IMG/VR virus record: IMGVR_UViG_3300027774_000001
Location: 1 to 51,315 of that record
Origin: a virus
Lineage: Duplodnaviria > Caudoviricetes
Reading direction: 5' to 3' (one strand)
Length of the DNA: 51,315 bases
Every line of letters begins with the position of its first letter. Position 1 is the stretch's first letter. Made by a program: the position numbers and the translations under genes. This document shows, one piece after another, positions 30,701-41,900 of the stretch. The notes beneath the pieces were generated by a model that saw nothing but the letters and a program-made list of their open reading frames with translations, was not told the origin of the DNA and did no database searches.

Positions 30701-33700
30701 TATATGTGAATACGTTAAATGGGTTTACATTCTCAACAGCAGATGCATATGGTTGGTCAATCAGAACAGATGATGTATAAGGTAATGTAATAATATCATC
30801 AGTTTGTTGCACGTTTTGTGACGATGTGCTGTATTGTAGAGGAACCTGAGTTGTATAGTGTGCAGGACGCATTTGTCCTCTTTCAAAGTCAGTTGATACT
30901 CTATAATCAGGATGTAATGTATCTGCAGTAGAAAGAGATGCAAAGTTATCTACAATAAAACCATTCTTAAATCTACTAAGACCACTAGAGTCTCTAATCT
31001 CCATATTTGCAGTCTCACTTTCTAATAGTGACAACTGTGTATAGAATTCAAGTGTTTTAATTCTATCTTCTAATACCTGTATATCTCTAAAGGTATATCT
31101 CTTAAAGTTTGTCTCTACAATAGTGACATCTTCCTCAACATTAAACACATATGGAGCATAAGATACTGTTGCAAGAAGCATTGCATCTTCTATGTCCTCT
31201 GGTGGTTGTGGTCTAGTATTAGGTGCACCTTTTACTATAGAGAATACACTGTCTCTACTGAGGAATAATTTATCAACACGTGGTAGATAATATTGTATGC
31301 TTAGTGTTGTTGTATCACTAATGCCAGGTAATCCTACCTCATTATTTGTAAATGCTCTATTATTAAAGTCAAAATATTTTGTAGCAGTTAGTGTGTATGG
31401 AGATGCTTGTGATCCACTTCCTCCAAACTGTTCTGGTACAATAGGACGGAAATCAATTACATCTCTAAGTTGAGTTCCCTCGTATTGTGGAATAATTTTG
31501 TAGTCTGCCTCAGAGTAAGAATCAACTGTATATGGGTTAGATCCGTTTGATGTAAAGAATCTATCAAAGATAACAAGGATTTTATGAGTTGGTTCTGCAA
31601 ATCCTGCTTTTCTAACAAGTCTAGAATAATCATAGAACTGATCTCTCTGACCATTATCAAGATCAAATGTATCTGTGATATCAGTAGAACCTGGTTGTAG
31701 TCCACCAGTTACAATTTTCAATGTTGCATTAGGTGCAGTGATTGTCTCACCATCTGTAAACTTATCGTCCTCTACAGGAATGAAGTAAATCACATTACCA
31801 GTTGTAGATACTATTCTCGCTCTAGATCCAGATGAATCACCTTGAATCACATCGTCTATTGCAAGACTTCCTAGTAAGTTTGTGTATTGTAAGTTAGGTA
31901 TGACAGCAGAGTTAGAATCTGTAGACTCATATATTGCCTTAATTTTAATTACATCAGCACAACCTAGAGATATAGAACTATCTTCAACCCTAGTTCCAAA
32001 TCCACCAGTTACTTGGTTTAAACCATTTGCTGATCCTAGAGAATCATTTATCTCTAGAACTTTCATTCTTTGTGTAGTTTTTGCCTTACCAGATCTATCT
32101 GCACTTGATACAGTTCCAATAACATCAATAGAAGTTACACCACTTAGACCTTGTAGTGCTAAGTCTTCTGTATTTGTTGTATCACCATTAATTGTAAATC
32201 CATTGTTAGCAGACATGATATCGCCCGCACCTGATCCTGCAGTAACAATAACTAAGAAGTCATCGTTATTTGCTCCATTGATCCATTTTAAACCAGATCC
32301 TGCAGTAGCAGTAGCATTACCACCACTAACACTGATACCAGTAACACTTACTCTAAAACGTCCTGATGGATTGATTGTATTGTTATTATTAGTATTTTTA
32401 ACAGCAGAATATCCTAAAGGAGTCAATAGTTGTTTCTTATTTGCTTCTTTTAATTCTGGTCTTGTTCTAACAACAGGACTTGTAAGTGCACCATTAGCAA
32501 TGTTATTTGATGTTAACGATTGAATAGTAAATGTAAAGTTATCATCTACAGTTACAACCTTTGCTCTATGTGCTAAGTTATTGTTTGAGAACTCTACAAC
32601 GTCTCCTATTCTCAATTGAGACCTAAAGTTAGACAGTGTAGATGAGATTGTTCCTGTAGCACTTGTACCAGTTCCTGATACAGAACTAAGAATAGGACCT
32701 GAGCCAGGCAATGCTACCTTAACATCTAATACTGCATCAGCAGTTCCACCACCAGTTGCAAAATGATATTGTTTTACATCACCAAATCCAAATGTTCTTA
32801 TCGCACTAATAGTTCCATAAGTTGCACCTGACGCATTGTTTTTCTTAAGAACTTCTCCTGATACAAATGTACCAGTAACACCATATAAAAATGTTGTAGT
32901 GCTTGATGATACTGCTGCAGCAAGGAATCCTGTAGCACCACTAGTAGCACCTACAACTAGGTCTCCTTGACTACCACTAGTAGATCCAGTGGTTATTTCT
33001 GTATAAAACTGTGTATCAATAAAGTTTGCACGATATACTGTAGAAGAATCTCCTGCAATGTTACCAGACTCAAATGCAAAGTTAACAACTCTTGACCTAC
33101 CAATTGTTTGCCCTGCTGCTGTGCCAGGTGTTGATGTCTCTAGATTTTGTAAATTTATTGTCTCATATAATCTAGGTGCTTCATGTAAATTTGTCATAAA
33201 GACAAAGTTACCAAAGTCTGATGTCAGTGTTTTGTTTGCTTCAGTAGTAAAACTTCTTGGTTTATCTACATCTTTATACGTTGTAGATAATCTCTCTGTT
33301 CTATAACCTTGTACATATGCACAACCAGAGGATAATTGTAATGATATCTTGTCCTCAGAAGGAGTTGCATCACTAGATGTTAGATCTGTTGCTTCGTATA
33401 TACCATTATTAAATCCATCATTTAGATTTTCTCTAGCATCTATCTTAAATTTCTTAACATAGTAATTACCAGATTCCTCTTTTGTTCTAGTAGCAAGAAT
33501 GTCATTGATAAAACCTAGATCACTACGTTCTACTTTCTTCTCAATCTTACCAGTGTCAGTCCTTAGTAATTCTATAAAGTCAGCAGAGTTAGGTGCTGTT
33601 GTTAATTTCTTAACTAAGGTAAGAGTAATTTTAAATCTATCTGCACCAGGTGCTGAGAAGTTTGTGCTACCAATAGCATTATCATATAAACTTGCGTCTT

Positions 33701-34388
33701 CATCAGCAGTTATGATTCTCTCTTCTACTTTTAATCCTACTTTATATGATGGTTCTGTGCCATACTGATCTAGTATAACTGTCTGTGCTGCAACATTAAC
33801 AAAATATCCTCTTGTGAAGAATACTCCTGCACCTACACTAGCAGTAGATCCTCTTGATGTAGAGGATGAGTTAAGCAACTGTGCTAAAGGTGTACCAGAA
33901 GCGATAGTTGTCGATGCGTATGTTATATCAGTCTCACAAACAAATGTTTCTCCATCTGTAAATGTGCTAGTAATGTTATCTTCCGCTTTTTGTAAGTAGT
34001 TAAGATAAAATGTTATCTGACTTTTAGATGATGTATTAGAACTAATAGAAAATAGAATACGGGCACGAACACCAGAGGTAGATCCTTTAATAATCTGTCC
34101 ATCTAATGCAGTTCTATAATTCTCTACGTCTAGGTTGAGGTAATTGTTCTGAATCAAGATACATGGCACATCCTTGTTCAGAGTAATACCGCCAGGCACC
34201 ACCATAGAACCTTCTTTATAGACACCTTGACCGAACGTGTCTATCTGATCTTGCAATAAAGTTTGCAGTGTTGTAAGTTCTCTTGCTTGGACTGGGAAAC
34301 CAGGCTTAAAAAGAACCTTTAAGAACCCCTTGCTTTTGTCGAAATCATCGAAGTAAGGAGCTATGTTGAGGTTTGTATTCTGTGCCAT
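27723..34388 (-). CDS. vrlC: VrlC-like / DUF4815 large virion structural protein
   Basis: MAQNTNLNIAPYFDDFD..K.F.KVLFKPG.PVQARELT.LQ, APGADR, RFKNGFIVDNF, VNPFNVF, DPLAQTF, LFKSQNASTW and a terminal PRVKDLRGIALA; located directly after gp8. Confidence 0.85.
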   Translation of the reverse strand: MAQNTNLNIAPYFDDFDKSKGFLKVLFKPGFPVQARELTTLQTLLQDQIDTFGQGVYKEGSMVVPGGITLNKDVPCILIQNNYLNLDVENYRTALDGQIIKGSTSGVRARILFSISSNTSSKSQITFYLNYLQKAEDNITSTFTDGETFVCETDITYASTTIASGTPLAQLLNSSSTSRGSTASVGAGVFFTRGYFVNVAAQTVILDQYGTEPSYKVGLKVEERIITADEDASLYDNAIGSTNFSAPGADRFKITLTLVKKLTTAPNSADFIELLRTDTGKIEKKVERSDLGFINDILATRTKEESGNYYVKKFKIDARENLNDGFNNGIYEATDLTSSDATPSEDKISLQLSSGCAYVQGYRTERLSTTYKDVDKPRSFTTEANKTLTSDFGNFVFMTNLHEAPRLYETINLQNLETSTPGTAAGQTIGRSRVVNFAFESGNIAGDSSTVYRANFIDTQFYTEITTGSTSGSQGDLVVGATSGATGFLAAAVSSSTTTFLYGVTGTFVSGEVLKKNNASGATYGTISAIRTFGFGDVKQYHFATGGGTADAVLDVKVALPGSGPILSSVSGTGTSATGTISSTLSNFRSQLRIGDVVEFSNNNLAHRAKVVTVDDNFTFTIQSLTSNNIANGALTSPVVRTRPELKEANKKQLLTPLGYSAVKNTNNNNTINPSGRFRVSVTGISVSGGNATATAGSGLKWINGANNDDFLVIVTAGSGAGDIMSANNGFTINGDTTNTEDLALQGLSGVTSIDVIGTVSSADRSGKAKTTQRMKVLEINDSLGSANGLNQVTGGFGTRVEDSSISLGCADVIKIKAIYESTDSNSAVIPNLQYTNLLGSLAIDDVIQGDSSGSRARIVSTTGNVIYFIPVEDDKFTDGETITAPNATLKIVTGGLQPGSTDITDTFDLDNGQRDQFYDYSRLVRKAGFAEPTHKILVIFDRFFTSNGSNPYTVDSYSEADYKIIPQYEGTQLRDVIDFRPIVPEQFGGSGSQASPYTLTATKYFDFNNRAFTNNEVGLPGISDTTTLSIQYYLPRVDKLFLSRDSVFSIVKGAPNTRPQPPEDIEDAMLLATVSYAPYVFNVEEDVTIVETNFKRYTFRDIQVLEDRIKTLEFYTQLSLLESETANMEIRDSSGLSRFKNGFIVDNFASLSTADTLHPDYRVSTDFERGQMRPAHYTTQVPLQYSTSSQNVQQTDDIITLPYTSSVLIDQPYASAVENVNPFNVFTYTGDLELYPESDNWVDTKSLNPIQGPVVEGNFLTTVREYNADQNGFSPIHWNSWKTTWTGTDVNRQVGSWRGGGKGRVRRRRTITTTTTTTTKQARTGVRYRVTPVIEQQSLGSKVVSVEHIQFMRSRNIEFVCQKLKPRTKFFAFFDGIAIPKKLITPKIIGLVKDPSTDAQTNNIPFQIGETVYVKKGNGKFRFKARVSAPNENIAINPLDGTDISTTTDYTSNLTFINIDTKSLADQVKGSYYGSPKLNDYLVGETSGAVAKVSSKDLVTDKKGNLRGSFFIDAPNVAGNLKFKTGTKLFRLSDTSNDSRVVGVSDSSGEAEFSSSGILQTTQETIISVRNARVTSEDQFDSRTLVSVTETSRDETRWCDPLAQTFLIEDSTLEGGVFLTKIDLFFFTKDEEIPVAVDIRTVENGNPTQTILPFSKVVKQAEDVFTSTDASKPTTFTFKAPVFIPYRTEHAMVVTSDSNQYKVFISLLGNDAIDAAHVGEKISEQPYIGVLFKSQNASTWTPSQYEDLMFKIYRAEFTLPTTAAPSRLILENGELGESNGGFLNLRTNPFVTTAGSDQIRVFHSNHGMQSALNYLQISGVISEVADSQISASNLAADGSSVVLTDPDKFHTTIGGSSVSNTNPGFIRILGTEEDGSGDEIIAYQAINTTTNTITFATNGRNHNGVAGSATGKAHLVGAVVQCYNFDGIPLTKINKTHSSGVTSINSPHSYNLQISGVNAGTGIFGGGGNVVASQNIPWDVLSPQIQSQVEPRTSIISRVQGTSGTSCGPFPTGSSAEVSFIKDSDFQDITIGEENYFPATKIVANQINEINRMNSVKSLTLELNLDSEVSHLSPVIDLTRCDVITTSNVINNIEPTANVGTECAGNYITKVARLEKSATGLKVMLAANIWTQSKIVVMFKLVPVGYADSLDDLPFQFFNSTGVPDTGSLIPNNDLVEFTDYEYTVEDVEEFDGFQIKISLLNHAQPYIPRVKDLRGIALA

Positions 34389-35903
34389 TTAGAATTCAAT
34401 TACTACTTTTAGCTCTTCGTTTTGGTCTGCCGAACGAGTGATCGGGATCCTATTATCTAGGTATAATATTTCACCTGAGTTTAGTTCAATTTCTTCGTTG
34501 GCATAACCTTGAACAAATGATAAACCTAACTCGTAAACAGATACACCAATAGTTATCTGTGTCAACGGAACTGATGAAGTTCCAAATGTACTGTCTGGAG
34601 TTGCAGTATAAGAGTTTGTAGATCCAGTAATCTGATTAGAACCAGAGAACGGAATTACGTCACCATTGACAGTACCATCAGTCTCATCCTGATAGTATTT
34701 TAAGACTTTAGTTATTGTATCATATGATACAACTAATCCTTTTGCATTAGTTGTTGCTTGAGTGATAGTCTCACCAGCTACAAATGTTCCACTAGGTGTT
34801 CCTGCACCTGATTGTGGGAATATCAATGCCTTCACCGCAGATCTAGTATTCTGACTACAAACAGTTGTTGTGTTATAATCAGTAGGATTTAATACAAGAC
34901 CAACTCTCCTGTAAGTCAAGTCATTAGGGAAGTCAACAAATGCACTAGTAGTTTCTAACTTACTAGCAAACATAAGACGATATGCACCTAATTCTCTTAC
35001 AGAATCAAAACCATGTCCACCGTTAGGGGGAAGAACAACGTCAAGATTAGCGTTAGTTCCATTACCAATGTTAGGAATAAGACTTACATCAATAGATGCA
35101 AAACTATATCCAGAACCCGCTTGAGTTATTGTGACGGATGATACAGAACCAGATACTACAATCACTGTACATAGTGCTTGAGTTCCACCGTTAATATTAT
35201 AATCACCACGAATAGGAACGTTAGTGAATGTTCCATTGTTATAACCAGATCCTGCATTCTCAATAACAACAGTATCAACAGATCCTGAGTTTGCTGCAGA
35301 TTTTACAAGTGAGTTTGACAATACAGGAATAAATTCTGTAGTAACAAACTTTAGAATATTATCAGCATCAATAGTATAAAGATATTTCCAACGATAGGAA
35401 TATACGCCAGGTGAATCTGATGTCTCAATAATAGTTGTCGATGTTCCTGTAGGTTCTACCAATGAGGGGCGTCCTCTTGGGAAGTCAGGGTTTTGACCAT
35501 TGTATAGACACTTGTAGACATTAAAGTCTGAGTTCATAACATAGAAGTTACTGTCATACAGTCTAGAAGAACCGTTTGCAGTAGTCTTTGTTGGTGCATA
35601 ATCAGGTTTATACATTGAGTATGTACGTCCTACTCCACCAGTTGTTTTTGCAGGATCTATCCAGTCAACTCTTGGTATTACCAGAGCAGTATCGGATATG
35701 TCAACACGCTTAAATGCAACGGAGTCACCATAAGAAGTTCTCGCATACTCGAAACTATCAAGAGGTTCTCCTGTAGGTGGTACATCTGTACTACCCCAAG
35801 TCTTTGCTCTACCGACAAACATATACACCTTATTGGTGGTCTGCAAGGTATCTCTAAAGCTTTCAGCAGCGTATATTCTAAAATTGTCTGTAACTAATGC
35901 CAT
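34389..35903 (-). CDS. gp8: Baseplate wedge subunit gp8
   Basis: FYVMNSDFNVYKCLYNG, YRWKYLYTI, and terminal SGEILYLDNR.PITRS.DQ.EE.K.VIEF; follows gp7. Confidence 0.9.
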   Translation of the reverse strand: MALVTDNFRIYAAESFRDTLQTTNKVYMFVGRAKTWGSTDVPPTGEPLDSFEYARTSYGDSVAFKRVDISDTALVIPRVDWIDPAKTTGGVGRTYSMYKPDYAPTKTTANGSSRLYDSNFYVMNSDFNVYKCLYNGQNPDFPRGRPSLVEPTGTSTTIIETSDSPGVYSYRWKYLYTIDADNILKFVTTEFIPVLSNSLVKSAANSGSVDTVVIENAGSGYNNGTFTNVPIRGDYNINGGTQALCTVIVVSGSVSSVTITQAGSGYSFASIDVSLIPNIGNGTNANLDVVLPPNGGHGFDSVRELGAYRLMFASKLETTSAFVDFPNDLTYRRVGLVLNPTDYNTTTVCSQNTRSAVKALIFPQSGAGTPSGTFVAGETITQATTNAKGLVVSYDTITKVLKYYQDETDGTVNGDVIPFSGSNQITGSTNSYTATPDSTFGTSSVPLTQITIGVSVYELGLSFVQGYANEEIELNSGEILYLDNRIPITRSADQNEELKVVIEF

Positions 35904-35924
35904 CGCAATATAAGCTTTATTGGT

Positions 35925-35932
35925 TATTTATA
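35925..35932 (-). promoter_or_regulatory. T4 late promoter TATAAATA
   Basis: Exact consensus; overlaps the gp7 stop (35928-35930) and lies about 22 nt before the gp8 ATG. Confidence 0.7.
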
Positions 35933-38900
35933 ATGATCTCAGACGAACTTCTGGGCAAACACTGGTGTTTCCGCTTGTTGTCCGCGAGAATGGAAACTCT
36001 ACAGTAAATGTATTGCTTCCAGTAACGGTAACTGTGTAAGTTCCGTTGATTCCATCACCACTACCAGATCCAATATCAAAGTCTAAGACTACTCTCTGAC
36101 CTGTAGTGAAATTGTGGTTAGATGATGTAGAAACTGTACATGTGGTTCCTGACGAATTATATGTACCAGTCAATACTGTATGAACTGATGCTGTAGTTCC
36201 TTCATGTCCTCTACCATTTGTAGCGACTGTTAATGTATTTGATGAAGTGTTTTTAGATGCATACAATATTCTTTCACATGACCAAACTTGTTCAACAGTA
36301 TTGTAGAATGGAACTAATACCTCACCTTCGTCAGGGAATCCATTTTTCTGTGTAGAATTAAAGTATACATTTTTTAGATTTAATGTAGTTCCACTAGATG
36401 ATAATGTGGATGTCAAATATGTTATACCAAGTGACAGTGAGTTGGATAAAATTCTATCTCTTTGTCTTCTTTCTAGTGCTAGAGGATGCACAGCAATAAC
36501 AGTCGGTGCACTGGTATATCCAGCTCCACCCTTTAGATTTATAACTGATAAAACCTTACCACTTCCAGTCTCAATAGTAGTCTCAGCAGACGCACCATCT
36601 CCACCTCCACCTTGGAATAATAGGATAGGTGGAACCTCATAGTTAGATCCTACATTTGTTATATTGACCTGTGTTACTTGTCCGCCAGTAACGACTGCTG
36701 TAAATTCTGCAGTGCTTGGTTTTAGACCTGTATACTCGTAACTGTCAATAGTAGTAGAACTTGATACAGTAGCAACTAAACGATCTGAACCCTCACTAGA
36801 GATCTTAACTCTGTCGCCAGGATCTATAGAGTTGAATGTATTGCTTATCAATATATCGTTTGGACTACCTGTGTAGATGAATAGAATACAATCAGATCCT
36901 GCTCTAGGTGCTTCGCTAAACTCAATGATAGATCCTGTCAATGTATATGCAACGCCAGGTTCTTGATATACACCATTTAAGAATATGAGTAAGTTGTTTT
37001 GTGCTTGTACAGCAGCGTTATCACTTTCTAATGAGAATGGTTCAGTATTCTCTTTCATGGTAAATGTCTTTTTCTTATTATCAAAGAATGGTTCAATAGC
37101 ATCTAACTGTGTTAATTTACCAAAGTAGAATCCATAGAAGTCCATACCCGCTAGAGGTGCCTCAGTAAATGTAATTGTACTACCTGTGTAATTGTATGCC
37201 TTAGAACTACCCTTAATCTGTAAGGTGCTGTTCAAGAAAATTAAGAAGTTATCATTTGCGGGCAATACTTGTGTTGATCCACCAGACAGTGTGGTAAATG
37301 TAGTATCACTACCATCAAATGTTACATCACCAACGTTTATCTGGAAGAATGGTTGTACTGACGCTGTTCTGGTAATACCATTTAAGTTACCACTATTAGT
37401 TCCAACATTTACTGTGATTGTTGTCGCTGTAACCGCAGTAATAGCAACTGCTGTATTATATGCAGGATCGCTTGTTCGTGGGTAAGTATGGTTCGTTGCA
37501 TTGTTATCATTGGCACATGTGAATGTCATTGAGTTGGCAGAGATTGTCACTGTATCACTTGTTGTAAGTGAGTGAGATCCAATCGTCATCTCCATGAGAC
37601 CTGTAGTATTGTCGTATGTTGTTGGAGCAACAGCAGTGAAAGGTCCGCTACCACCACCAGTAACTGTGATGTTATTAGATGTGGAACTTACGAATGTGTG
37701 AGCACCAGTTCCTACTGCCTGAGTTACAATCGCCCATAATGTAGATATTGTTGATGCAGTATCGACACAGCATGCCTCAGAGTATGTTGTGCTACCAGAG
37801 TCATTACTAATTGTATTGTCTTTGATTTGTGTACCAACAGTGTCACCATTTGTAGTAACTGTAAGGTTACGCATAACCTGACGACAAATATCTCTAGCAT
37901 GATTGAATACCTGTACAGACTCACCTTCTTCACCATCTAGATGAACAGTTCCAACATAGAAATTAGCAGCATCATATGTTGCATCGTTTCCACCAAATTC
38001 TACGTTATCTGCAACTGCATCTATTAGTAATTTTGTATCACGAATACACTTGGTCTTGTAGATGCCAGAGAATGATGGGTTGTCTGCTTGCATTCTACCA
38101 TATGCAGTTGTAGCAATAAATTCTTGATTGAGTCTAAGTAGATTTCCTGCATCTGCAACTTTGCTATACTTATATACACCATAACTGACAACTGCTCGTG
38201 TGACAGCTGTAGAAGTGGCACTCACAAATGTATGTGTTGATGTATCAGATGATACACCTACGTTGACTGTAAATGTATCTGCAGTTACAGCGTCAATAGT
38301 ATGCCATGCACCTTCTGATGGATCTCCAACTCTAGGATATGTGTGCTGTGTAGCATTGTTGTCTAGACCACATGTAAATGTTAATGAGTTATTAGCAAAG
38401 AATATTCTGTCACCTTTGATTAATGGATGACCAGTTACTGTCAAGACCATTTCACCTGTGCTAGGTGTGTAAGTAATATCTGATGGTTGGAATTGGTATG
38501 TTGACAATCCTTGCCATGCGTGTGTGTCAGTGTTTGTAGGTGATGTTCCGTTTAATGCATTGACTGTAATCGTAGTGCTTGTTACCGCCTCAACTGGTAC
38601 ATCTTTCATCTTACCTTGTGTACCGATTGGGTCAGTAGCACGTGGATATGCTGCTGTACCACCACTACCATAGTTGCAACTAAATCTCAATGACTCATTA
38701 GCAATCCTTACTGTAGATATTGCAAACTTAACGCCATTTGATGCTGCCGATATGAATACATGTGGACTTAGATCAGTAGAAGGAATACTATCAAGAACTT
38801 GTACTGTAAATGTATTAGTAGTGCAATCAAATGCTTCTAACCATCTATCTGATGCATAGTCTGTAGAACGAGGATATGATTCATTACCTCCACCACCGTA

Positions 38901-41900
38901 ATTACAACTAAATGTCAATGAACCATCTGCAAACTTAACAAAATCACCATTGACACGTCCGTGGTTGTTAATAGTTACCACCATCAAACCAGTATTAGGA
39001 TCGTATGTTGCATCTGAAGGTGTATGTGTTGTAGGTGCAGATAAACCATGACCAGATCCTATGGTCAATACCATCTCACCAGATGTAGGAGCATATGTTC
39101 CATTTGTAGGAAGGAAATGCTTGACTAGTTGCTCTCCAACACGAGGATCAGATATACCTAGTACATCTGTATCAGTGTATCCATTACCCGCAGAGACTAA
39201 TGTAACATTTGATACTGCACCATTTGTAACTGTGATGTCAGCAGTTGCACCGATACCAGAACCTAATCTATTCTTAAGTGGTACTGCAGTATATGTACCA
39301 TCACTATAACCTGAGCCAGGTGTAAGACCATTTGCAACATCAAAGGATTTTATCTCATCACCAATCTGATCTAGTACAAACGAAGTAGTATAATCTGCAC
39401 GATCAAAATACATTGCAATAACTCTAGTCTCTGCTAATGGAGGTGTGATAAATGTTACAATGTTATTTGACAGTGTATATGTTGCAGGGTTTGCAATCAA
39501 TCCATTTACAGATAATAATAGTTGTGTGTTAGATGCAGTTTTACCAATTTGAGTATTGAGATCAACACCATTGACTCTTAACTTAAATGAGTCATTGATA
39601 CCATCTATAAAACATCTCAATGAGTGTCCTACACCTGATCCTTGAGATGTAAGGTTGATGTCAGCACCACCCTCTGTCAATGATAGTCTTATTGTATTAG
39701 CATCTACAATCTTAACGTAATATTTTGCAGCGTTTGTAAGTCCACCAATAGGAGTTCCAGATCTATTGTTAGGATAGTTACCAATATCTAATGATGGTAA
39801 CGCAGCAGTTGGATTTGATATAGCACCTGTAACTATTCCTGCAAATACAGTAATTGCACTCTTGACATCTGCACAACCGCCAGAATCGTTTGTAATACTT
39901 AAGTCTGTCTGTGGCACTATGTTTGTATATGTGCCTACTGGAAGATCATTTGTAACTGCTAGTAGACATAAATCTCTTGCCTTGTTAAATGCATATATTG
40001 TCTCTGTTTCTTCACCAGCTACGTGTTGTACACCAGTTCCATCTGTGTATGACTGTGCAGCATCTATACTAAAGTAATTACCACCATACTTAAGATCATT
40101 AGTCCATGCAGCAACTACAAGTCTAGTATCTCTAGCACATTTTGCCTGACCATACTGTAATGTTGGATATTGTGCATTTAGGAATCCAATAGTTTCTTCT
40201 ACAATATAATCAATATTGTTTACAATTAAATCTCTAGCATCTAAGAATCTATCTCCACCAGAGAAATAAGTTACCTGTTGTCCTTCTACAAGTCCATGAT
40301 TAGTGATTGTGATTTTGTCATCTACACCATCTACAACAGCAGTGCTAGATCCATCAAATGTTAAAGTTCTATCACTAATATCATCAATCTTATATGAGAT
40401 ACAAGATAAGATCTTCTGAACGTCTAATAACTGTTTTCCGTAGATAGAAACCTCTGTAGGAACCAATGCACTATAATCTGGTTTTGATAAAGCAAAGTTA
40501 TTAATCTGTGATAACTTACCAGTTGCTTTAGCAGATGGTTTTGGTGTTATAAATGTCGTGCCATTGAAAGTAGTTCCAATACTGTTTGTATTTGGCACCC
40601 ACCAGTCAAATGTGTTACTTGGGTTTAAGTTAAGTGTAGATCTAGGTCTAAAGTCTTTCTTGACTGATTGTGTCAATACTTGTGTACCAACAACTTTAAA
40701 TCCTGCAGGGTGTGCTGCAAACTTGAGTGGATTCTTCCAATCTGTGATGTTTATAGGTGATGATATATCATAAGAGAATTCTTGGAACCTATTACTGTCA
40801 TATACACGTTGTTCGTTAAGATCTAGGAATCCAGTGGTCTTCTCCCAGTTTGCTGCAGATGTACTAATAGGTGAAACGACAAATTCTGCATCTGCTCTAT
40901 CAAACGCATGTATTTGACCAAACGCTGCTGATTCTTCACCAAATACAGGTTGACCTACTACAAAGTCACCTTCTACAAGTTCTACACTAACAACACGACC
41001 AGATGCGTCCCAATCCTTGATAAATCCAAATGCAGTAAAGGATGTAGTAGATGCACCTTGATATATCCTTTCTCCGATAGCAAAAGTAGCGGGTTTGGTA
41101 TATGCAATAATATTGTCACCTAAGTCTGTTGTCTCAACTGTAAAGTATGTTTGACCAGTTACAGGATCACCTATAGGAGCACTTGTAAATGTTATTGTAG
41201 TCTCAGTGTTAGCATTGGCAAGACTAGTTGCTAGTTTTATCTGACTATCTGCTAAACCATTAGCAGTTGTTGCTGCAACAGCAAAGTAAGTTGTTTCTGT
41301 CTGTAATGGTGAAGGAAGTAATCCTGATGTCTCTACAAGTGTTACTTTTGTTCCTGTTGGTATTTTTGCATTATATGGGAAGTTTATTGTACTGTTTGAC
41401 TGTAATGCTACAAATGTGTGACTAACCTTTGCTCTTACCGTTGGTGATGACGTAAATCCTCTACCCGCATTTTCTACATTAACTGCCTGTATAATTTCGT
41501 TTTGGACTATTGGTTTTAAGTCAAATAATGAACCTTGACCACCCTCTAGTATAATCTCAGGTGTAGATACAAAGTTTGCACCACCATTTACCACATCAAG
41601 GTAATCAATGATCTGAGTTCTGATTAATTGTAAATTATAAGTTGTGTTTAACTTAGGTTTAAGTGTTCTATCGTGACTATAGTTAAATGTAATGTTTTCA
41701 CCACCAATCTTAAGTATCTCTCCCATATTTGATGATTTGAGAAGTATAGATGCACCAGTTCCAAGTCTTTGTTCAATATTAATAATTGGAGGACTTTGAT
41801 ATTGTTGTCCTGCTGCCAATATGTTGATTGATACTACACCTTCATTCAATATTAGTGCATTCAATGATGCATTGATACCATTACCACCTTGTGCTGTAAT

